Source of the DNA: Auanema rhodensis | Lineage: Eukaryota > Animalia > Nematoda | DNA length: 64,000 nucleotides | Direction: 5' to 3' | Assembly: GCA_964057225.1 (NCBI GenBank) | Contig: OZ059896.1 | Coordinates: 14,880,001 to 14,944,000, forward strand | Part shown: positions 53,103 through 61,199 of the stretch, one piece after another | How positions within the stretch are numbered: position 1 is the first letter of the stretch | How the letters are laid out: every line of letters begins with the position of its first letter | The notes under the pieces: model-generated | Told to the model about the DNA's origin: nothing | What the model saw: the letters and a program-made list of their open reading frames with translations, nothing else | Databases searched by the model: none | Made by a program: the position numbers and the translations under genes

Positions 53103-53470
53103 TAAAAATCCATAATTTCTATATAAAAATCACAAAAAGTATAATACCATTTTCATAATTTTCATCTAAACTTGAACCTATATATGATTTTTTTTTCTCA
53201 TTTAAGTAAGACATAAAATTCTACACAAATTATTGTACATTTTTATTTTTTTCACTCTCATAAAAATATTGTATCAATAACCAAAATTTCAAAATAAAAT
53301 TATACATCATACTTGGAATCTTTCAAAAATCACTGCAAAGTTTTAATCAACAATCTTCATCATTTTTTTTTTCACCTAACTGGTCAAAAAGGAGGCGACA
53401 AAAAGGAAGGAACAGACCGACCTAGTTTTAAAAAGGATAAAAAGGACAGAAAACAGTAACAAAGATAACA

Positions 53471-54073
53471 ATGTCCACCCAACTCCCTGAAGCCGTCGAA
53501 ATTCCCCTCATGATGGCCAAAAAGAGATGGCTTTCAATTCAACTATTAGTAAGAGAATTGAAGCAGCTAGGCGCCAATACCATCGCCAACCGCCCCAGGA
53601 AAGAGAAGAACCTGAAAGAGTTAGTTCAAGGACTAACAAGAGCGAACACCAGTACTGAAACGCTCAAAATCCTATGTTACCAATACGACAAGGATCGACT
53701 GTCGGAGGTTGACCACTACATAGGACCATGGACCAACATAGCAGGAGTCATCCGAGAAGCCATTGCTGAACTAAGGGACCAACTAGGTTATTCACCTAGT
53801 TGCGATTCACCAGAACAGCAGACACCAAACTGGATTATTGCCGAGACCCATTCGGCCTATCAAGAATGGAGCCTGCAACATTGCAGCGAACTGCCATCCA
53901 CAGAGGCAAGAAAAAGCATTATAAATGCTCTACAAATATTTCTGGCATCACCAGCAACCACCAAGGAAGAAATGGAAAGAAAAACGGATTTATGCAACAA
54001 GACTATGTATCTTCTCCACGACCTAGGATCATCACCATTACCAGAGATACACCAGTATTATGAAGAAGACTAA
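53471..54073 (+). CDS. Element A cargo ORF2: 200-aa unknown protein
   Basis: Intact ATG-TAA ORF with protein-like composition in very AT-rich surroundings, ending ~200 bp before the 3' LTR. I recognise no motif. Confidence 0.7.
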   Translation: MSTQLPEAVEIPLMMAKKRWLSIQLLVRELKQLGANTIANRPRKEKNLKELVQGLTRANTSTETLKILCYQYDKDRLSEVDHYIGPWTNIAGVIREAIAELRDQLGYSPSCDSPEQQTPNWIIAETHSAYQEWSLQHCSELPSTEARKSIINALQIFLASPATTKEEMERKTDLCNKTMYLLHDLGSSPLPEIHQYYEED

Positions 54074-54280
54074 AAAGAACCTTTGAAAGATTCCCAGTAT
54101 GATATATGATATATTATTTTGTAATTACATCGTTTCCCTTCATTTTTTCTTCATTAAATTATTCTATATTATCAATATTCTTTTATATATTTTTTAAAAC
54201 ATTTCCTACAACTTTCACATTTGCATGGAATTTCACTTTCTCGATGTAGCTGAGGTCAGCTACTTTTTCGGTATTAGGCA

Positions 54281-54693
54281 TGTTCCATACGTGTCCTATA
54301 AGTAGAGCGATTGACAACGTCAATCGCTTATAAAACGGAACATTATAAAAACAAATAGCTGACGCTACATTTGAGAAACAGGAATTCAATGCAACAATGA
54401 ACGAACACTTTTTCATATTAAGTTTAATTAAAGAAAGCCCAATTCAAGCGGAACCAAGTTCCGCGGACCTGATATAACCACTTTTTATGCTCGTAAGGAA
54501 TACTATATAAGGTTTCCTTACGAGTCCTTTGGGCTGCGACTAGGAATCATTATGTAACTTTCATTATTGTAATTTGTATACTTTATCATGAATAAACCTT
54601 TCTCTCTATACTCTTTATCATTTATATTTGGAAGAAAAGAAAGTAATTCCATGTGGTTACCCAGCCGGAACCCTGGGGAACCACCATGGAACG
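54281..54693 (+). repeat. 3' LTR of element A
   Basis: Copy of 50540-50952. Confidence 0.93.
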
Positions 54694-54746
54694 TTGTCAA
54701 TAACTGCTATAATCAATATTTTAAATGGGAGAAAAAGAAAAGAAAC

Positions 54747-57559
54747 TCCGTCGAGCCGGATTCGAACCAGCGACCTAAGGATATCTACACTTCTACAGTG
54801 CTCCGCTCTACCAACTGAGCTATCGACGGAACGAATCTGTTGTTTTCAGAGGTTATTGTCAATAACTGCTATAATCAATATTTTAAATGGAACAAAAAGA
54901 AAAGAAACTCCGTCGAGCCGGATTCGAACCAGCGACCTAAGGATATCTACACTTCTACAGTCCTCCGCTCTACCAACTGAGCTATCGACGGAACGAATCT
55001 GTTGTTTTCCGAAGTGATTGTCAATAACTACTATAATCTATATTGAAAATCGAAAAAAGAGAAGAAACTCCGTCGAGCCTAACTTCTACAATCCTCCGCT
55101 CTACCAACTGAGTTATCGACGGAACGAATCTGTTCTTTTCAGAGGTTATTGTCAATAACTGCTATAATCAATATTTTAAATGGGAGAAAAAGAAAAGAAA
55201 CTCCGTCGAGCCGGATTCGAACCAGCGACCTAAGGATATCTACACTTCTACAGTCCTCCGCTCTACCAAGTGAGCTATCGACGGAACGAATCTGTTGTTT
55301 TCAGAGGTTATTGTCAATAACTGCTATAATCAATATTTTAAATGAAAGAAAAAGAAGAGAAACTCCGTCGAGCCGGATTCGAACCAGCGACCTAAGGATA
55401 TCTACACTTCTACAGTCCTCCGCTCTACCAACTGAGCTATCGACGGAACGAATCTGTTGTTTTCCGAAGTGATTGTCAATAACTACTATAATCAATATTT
55501 CAAATGGGAGAAAAAGAAAAGAAACTCCGTCGAGCCGGATTCGAACCAGCGACCTAAGGATATCTACACTTCTACAGTCCTCCGCTCTACCAACTGAGCT
55601 ATCGACGGAACGAATCTGTTGTTTTCAGAGGTTATTGTCAATAACTACTATAATCTATATTGAAAATCGAAAAAAGAAAAGAAACTCCGTCGAGCCTAAC
55701 TTCTACAATCCTCCGCTCTACCAACTGAGCTATCGACGGAACGAAGCTGTTGTTTCCAGAGGTTATTGTCAATAACTGCTATAATCAATATTTTAAATGG
55801 AACAAAAAGAAAAGAAACTCCGTCGAGCCGGATTCGAACCAGCGACCTAAGGATATCTACACTTCTACAGTCCTCCGCTCTACCAACTGAGCTATCGACG
55901 GAACGAATCTGTTGTTTTCCGAAGTGATTGTCAATAACTACTATAATCTATATTGAAAATCGAAAAAAGAAAAGAAACTCCGTCGAGCCTAACTTCTACA
56001 ATCCTCCGCTCTACCAACTGAGTTATCGACGGAACGAATCTGTTATTTTCAGAGGTTATTGTCAATAACTGCTATAATCAATATTTTAAATGGGAGAAAA
56101 AGAAAAGAAACTCCGTCGAGCCGGATTCGAACCAGCGACCTAAGGATATCTACACTTCTACAGTCCTCCGCTCTACCAACTGAGCTATCGACGGAACGAA
56201 TCTGTTGTTTTCAGAGGTTATTGTCAATAACTGCTATAATCAATATTTTAAATGGAACAGAAAGAAAAGAAACTCCGTCGAGCCGGATTCGAACCAGCGA
56301 CCTAAGGATATCTACACTTCTACAGTCCTCCGCTCTACCAACTGAGCTATCGACGGAACGAATCTGTTGTTTTCAGAGGTTATTGTCAATAACTGCTATA
56401 ATCAATATTTTAAATGGAAGAAAAAGAAAAGAAACTCCGTCGAGCCGGATTCGAACCAGCGACCTAAGGATATCTACACTTCTACAGTCCTCCGCTCTAC
56501 CAACTGAGCTATCGACGGAACGAATCTGTTGTTTTCAGAGGTTATTGTCAATAACTACTATAATCTATATTGAAAATCGAAAAAAGAAAAGAAACTCCGT
56601 CGAGCCTAACTTCTACAATCCTCCGCTCTACCAACTGAGCTATCGACGGAACGAAGCTGTTGTTTTCAGAGGTTATTGTCAATAACTGCTATAATCAATA
56701 TTTTAAATGGAACAAAAAGAAAAGAAACTCCGTCGAGCCGGATTCGAACCAGCGACCTAAGGATATCTACACTTCTACAGTCCTCCGCTCTACCAACTGA
56801 GCTATCGACGGAACGAATCTGTTGTTTTCCGAAGTGATTGTCAATAACTACTATAATCTATATTGAAAATCGAAAACAGAAAAGAAACTCCGTCGAGCCT
56901 AACTTCTACAATCCTCCGCTCTACCAACTGAGTTATCGACGGAACGAATCTGTTATTTTCAGAGGTTATTGTCAATAACTGCTATAATCAATATTTTAAA
57001 TGGGAGAAAAAGAAAAGAAACTCCGTCGAGCCGGATTCGAACCAGCGACCTAAGGATATCTACACTTCTACAGTCCTCCGCTCTACCAACTGAGCTATCG
57101 ACGGAACGAATCTGTTGTTTTCAGAGGTTATTGTCAATAACTGCTATAATCAATATTTTAAATGGAAGAAAAAGAAAAGAAACTCCGTCGAGCCGGATTC
57201 GAACCAGCGACCTAAGGATATCTACACTTCTACAGTCCTCCGCTCTACCAACTGAGCTATCCACGGAACGAATCTGTTGTTTTCCGAAGTGATTGTCAAT
57301 AACTACTATAATCTATATTGAAAATCGAAAAAAGAAAAGAAACTCCGTCGAGCCTAACTTCTACAATCCTCCGCTCTACCAACTGAGCTATCGACGGAAC
57401 GAATCTGTTGTTTTCCGAAGTGATTGTCAATAACTACTATAATCAATATTTTAAATGGAACAAAAAGAAAAGAAACTCCGTCGAGCCGGATTCGAACCAG
57501 CGACCTAAGGATATCTACACTTCTACAGTCCTCCGCTCTACCAACTGAGCTATCGACGG
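54747..57559 (-). tRNA. tRNA-Tyr-GTA: Block 2 of tRNA-Tyr(GTA) copies between the two LTR elements
   Basis: Same 162/131-bp units. Confidence 0.93.
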
Positions 57560-57582
57560 AACGAATCTGTTCTTTTCAGAGG

Positions 57583-57927
57583 CGTTCCGTTATGCTCCTG
57601 CGTCGATAATATAAACCATTGTAGTTTATACCATGACGCGAATAGTATTCCTTGGTGTAGCGGTAAGGAATAAAGAGCATAAGGTCAATCATAAGATAAA
57701 AGAGAGAAAGATTTATTGGCATGAAACTACAACAATAATATACAAAGATAAAGATACAATACAATAAGATAAATATAAGTATAAAGACTAAACTACAAGC
57801 CGTCCATGAGCTTGCTAAGAGGCGAACTCGCGACCAAGGGAACGAGGGAAGGCGGAGCCATTCCTCGGTCCTCTGGTCGTCTGGCTCTAACCCTTCAGCT
57901 ACATATATGGGGAGTCCGAATGGAACG
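57583..57927 (-). repeat. 3' LTR of element B
   Basis: Copy of 60795-61139, preceded on the minus strand by a PPT-like tract at 57928-57938. Confidence 0.93.
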
Positions 57928-58567
57928 TGCCCTTTTTCAAAGATTTTTCGCGTCCGCGCGATATAAAGAGTTTTTAGTGTATATGTAGCTGAGTTTTAGA
58001 GTCTAGGAGTTTACAAATAAATTTAAAAGTTTTAAAATCTACATGTAGAAAGATATATAAATAGTTTTAATGGGTTTCTTTATGGTATTAAGATAGAATT
58101 TGAATACAATAATAGGTTTTATGTTATTTTGTAACGGAGGATTAGAAAATAAATTTAGTCATTGTAGTACTGTAATAAAAAAAAATTCTTTGTTTCATGA
58201 ATGTGTGATTTATGTGAGACACTAAGGAATTATTAAATATTTCGGTTACATGGTTACTCGTATCCTAATGATGATGGGGATAATTTTAGTTAATAATTTA
58301 CTCGTCTCCATATGTCTCTCTGAATGAATCCTTGAGTACTAATGGAGGCTACCACTCAGATGGGGTGTGGCTTAGGCGCCTGCCAATGTTCGTCTCTTCC
58401 TGGAGATACATATGGAGCTCAGTTTAGCGCAAAATTTTATCTCTATCGGTCGTATAGGATTACGGTAGCCATTTATTTCTATTATATTTTCACTTATTCC
58501 TTATTTTTGGTTGTTTACTCACTTAATCTCTCATCAAAAAGTTTTCTAATTCACCGTTACTTTCCTT

Positions 58568-58870
58568 TTACAATTTACAGAAAAGAAAAGAATGTATATA
58601 AAAATTTTTTCTGTCGTCGGCTTTGATGAAGTCCGGATCTTCGTAGGTGTCGTCAGAAGGTGAATATGTTCCTTCTCGGGGAGTATAAAACTGGTCGACT
58701 TGCGGCTTCGGCTTCTCGGCTGGTTGGTGCGGTTTTTCTATTTGAACACTAAGAAGTCGGGTACGGCTTCTGCGACGTTTTGCGACAGTAGCGTCACTGT
58801 TGGTATCGGACGGGTAAAGGGCTCGGAAAACCGATGAGAATCTTTTGGCCACCTTTATAGGACTCTTGGT
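58568..58870 (-). CDS. Element B basic low-complexity ORF (sense to the element), probably an exon of a larger gene
   Basis: KSPIKVAKRFSSVFRALYPS...AKRRRSRTR...EDPDFIK. GC-richer than its flanks, with weak similarity to element A ORF1. Start and splice structure are unresolved. Confidence 0.4.
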   Translation of the reverse strand, partial: TKSPIKVAKRFSSVFRALYPSDTNSDATVAKRRRSRTRLLSVQIEKPHQPAEKPKPQVDQFYTPREGTYSPSDDTYEDPDFIKADDRKNFYIHSFLFCKL

Positions 58871-59267
58871 TTGGAAAAACCGAGAATGGTGAGCTACGTG
58901 TGGGATGTTGACGTAAGGTGCGTAAGATTCTTTTAGATGTGTGTTGGGAGAGAGAAAGATTCGGGAGCAATAGGATAGTCATGCTTTGCTGGGCGATGCG
59001 GAGGGTAAATGAGAGGGAGTTTTTCAAATCCTGGCCAGGAATCTGACTCCGCCTATCTACCGTAAGCTTATTATAGTTAATGATGTTTATCTCTTCGCAA
59101 AAACTATTTTTATCCGCTCTTGCACTTACCTCTAATTTTGTTTTCTTACTGCTCTAGAATCTTTAAAAAAAACTTTATTCATGTCATCCCCTTTGTACTT
59201 TTGCGGCCTTTGGACATTTATTTTAAGGTTAGAAACAAAAGAAAAGAAAAGAAAGAAAGAAAAAAAA

Positions 59268-59812
59268 ATGAATTTCCAACGTTATAATCCCACTGGCATG
59301 ACTTATGTCCTGTGGAAATTATACGAATCCATCGTTGAGTACGATGGAGAAGGAGTTTTGGCTTATAGGCCAAATCTTGATATAATTTTAATGGTTTGTG
59401 TATCTCCATTTTATGTTTGATTATTTGATTACTTTAGTTTATCGAAGATCACCAAATGTATTATTTGGGGCAGGGCCATATAAACTTTGCCACCTTCGTA
59501 GATGTAGCTCCCGAAGTGGAGCTTGTTGGTCGAAGGTGCTTAGTTGATCTATGCGCTCATGTATATAATGGTAGGGCCGGTTTATTAACCGCACGTCCTT
59601 GGGCCTGGTACCAGGAAAAGAGTCATTTTTATTATTATTTATTATATAGATTATTGTTTAAAATCTATATTGTTTATGATGACTCATTATTTGGTTTGGA
59701 ACTTAGGGTTTCGCGAGGTTTAGAATATAGTGAAGATTTAATTGCGAGCGAAACTCCTATGTTTCTTGCCTCTGAGTTTCGAACTCGGTTGCAAATCAAA
59801 TATGGGTATTGA
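59268..59812 (+). CDS. Element B cargo gene, two exons (59268-59393, 59438-59812), 166 aa, antisense to the element
   Basis: AAAAATG start. A 44-nt phase-0 intron GTTTGT...ACTTTAG joins MNFQRYNPTG...DIILM to FIEDHQMYYLGQGH...IKYGY*. AATAAA lies at 59816-59821, just after the stop. Confidence 0.7.
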
Positions 59813-60781
59813 CTGAATAAAGTTTGTACTCTGTGTTTTTATTTTTGTGCACTTTGCTCTGTTTTCGTCAAGAAAATGGACTTATGTTTGCAATCTTTTC
59901 CTCATTCCTTTTCCCTTAAATAGCATGTTTTGCTCAAAATGTTTTCGACATTGTGCATGCTAATGAGGTTTGAGGAGAGTTATTGAAAAGGCTGTCCTTT
60001 TTCTTGATCAAAATGAGCAAAAGTGCGTTTTCCTAAGCGAATTTCTTTTTAAAAATTAGAAAAATACGTCTATTTTTAAACATTTCCCATTTACTTAGGA
60101 TTACTGTAGGATATAAGGGGTATCTTATGAGTTGAAACAACGAAATGATTTGAGGAAGGTGACATAATCTACGGGGATAAAATCCGTAGCAGTTATGCTT
60201 CCGCCAACTTGACCTGACTGTCAAATAAGAGCTGAGAAGTCTTATTGCAGATTTACCAGGCTTTTTCGGACTAGTGTGGTCCCTTTTTATATTCAATTTA
60301 TGTAACCGTTTTTGGTTTCCCGCAAAATAATATGTAAAATGATCTTTTACGTCTGAATATAATAATTTCAAAATTCTAGTCCTGACCACAAAATATACAA
60401 ACTATAATCAATTGCGCGCGTCTTATGAATTTTTGTTCCAATAATCAAACTTCTCTATGCCCCCCAAAAAAAATGTGAACAACTATATTTTCTCGTTTGG
60501 CGAAATTGTCCTCTATTTCAATCCAAACGTCCTCAAAATGGCATGAGAAGCGGTACAAGATACGATATAGAAAAGGGTGGACATTCAGACGGTTTTAATT
60601 GAGGACAGCGGGCAAAATTTTTATTGGTCCTATCTCGCATTTAAGCGAGATCCCTTGTATCTGTACCTTAAAACAAATTGGCGCCTTCATTTTGTTGTTT
60701 CAAGTGGAGGAATTTATAATTTAGAATGCAAAAATGGACTTTTACAATAAAAACAAATTTTTGTTCAAAAGATGAGTTCGA

Positions 60782-60794
60782 GGTGGAACCTCCA
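60782..60794 (-). promoter_or_regulatory. Primer-binding site complementary to the tRNA-Gln 3' end (element B)
   Basis: Minus strand TGGAGGTTCCACC directly follows the LTR end ...ACGGAACG. It is a 13-nt perfect complement of GGTGGAACCT-CCA. Confidence 0.85.
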
Positions 60795-61139
60795 CGTTCC
60801 GTTATGCTCCTGCGTCGATAATATAAACCATTGTAGTTTATACCATGACGCGAATAGTATTCCTTGGTGTAGCGGTAAGGAATAAAGAGCATAAGGTCAA
60901 TCATAAGATAAAAGAGAGAAAGATTTATTGGCATGAAACTACAACAATAATATACAAAGATAAAGATACAATACAATAAGATAAATATAAGTATAAAGAC
61001 TAAACTACAAGCCGTCCATGAGCTTGCTAAGAGGCGAACTCCCGACCAAGGGAACGAGGGAAGGCGGAGCCATTCCTCGGTCCTCTGGTCGTCTGGCTCT
61101 AACCCTTCAGCTACATATATGGGGAGTCCGAATGGAACG
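60795..61139 (-). repeat. 5' LTR of element B
   Basis: AATAAA on the minus strand at 60924-60929, in a context similar to that in LTR A. Confidence 0.93.
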
Positions 61140-61199
61140 GAGGTTATTGTCAATAACTGCTATAATCAATATTTTAAATGGGAGAAAAAGAAAAGAAAC

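Larger units (their letters stand above)
50540..54693 (+). mobile_element. LTR element A: non-autonomous LTR retrotransposon (4154 bp), tRNA-Gln PBS, TTGT TSD
   Basis: 413-bp direct repeats at 50540-50952 and 54281-54693, with one mismatch seen. Termini are TGTTCCAT...ATGGAACG. TTGT is duplicated at 50536-50539 and 54694-54697 relative to the empty spacer GGTTATTGTCAATAA. The PBS directly follows the left LTR. No RT, integrase or protease motifs. Confidence 0.92.
57583..61139 (-). mobile_element. LTR element B: non-autonomous LTR retrotransposon (3557 bp), tRNA-Gln PBS, GAGG TSD
   Basis: 345-bp direct repeats at 57583-57927 and 60795-61139, with one mismatch seen. In element orientation the termini are CGTTCCAT...ACGGAACG. 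GAGG is duplicated at 57579-57582 and 61140-61143. The minus strand has a PBS at 60782-60794 and a short purine tract GAAAAAGGGCA before the 3' LTR. No pol motifs. Confidence 0.92.

Noticed and set aside
50540-61139. Interpreting elements A and B as DNA transposons, DIRS elements or simple segmental duplications
   Set aside because: Long direct repeats with short inverted ends, a tRNA PBS adjacent to one LTR and 4-bp TSDs fit integrase-type LTR retroelements. No transposase or tyrosine recombinase motifs are present.
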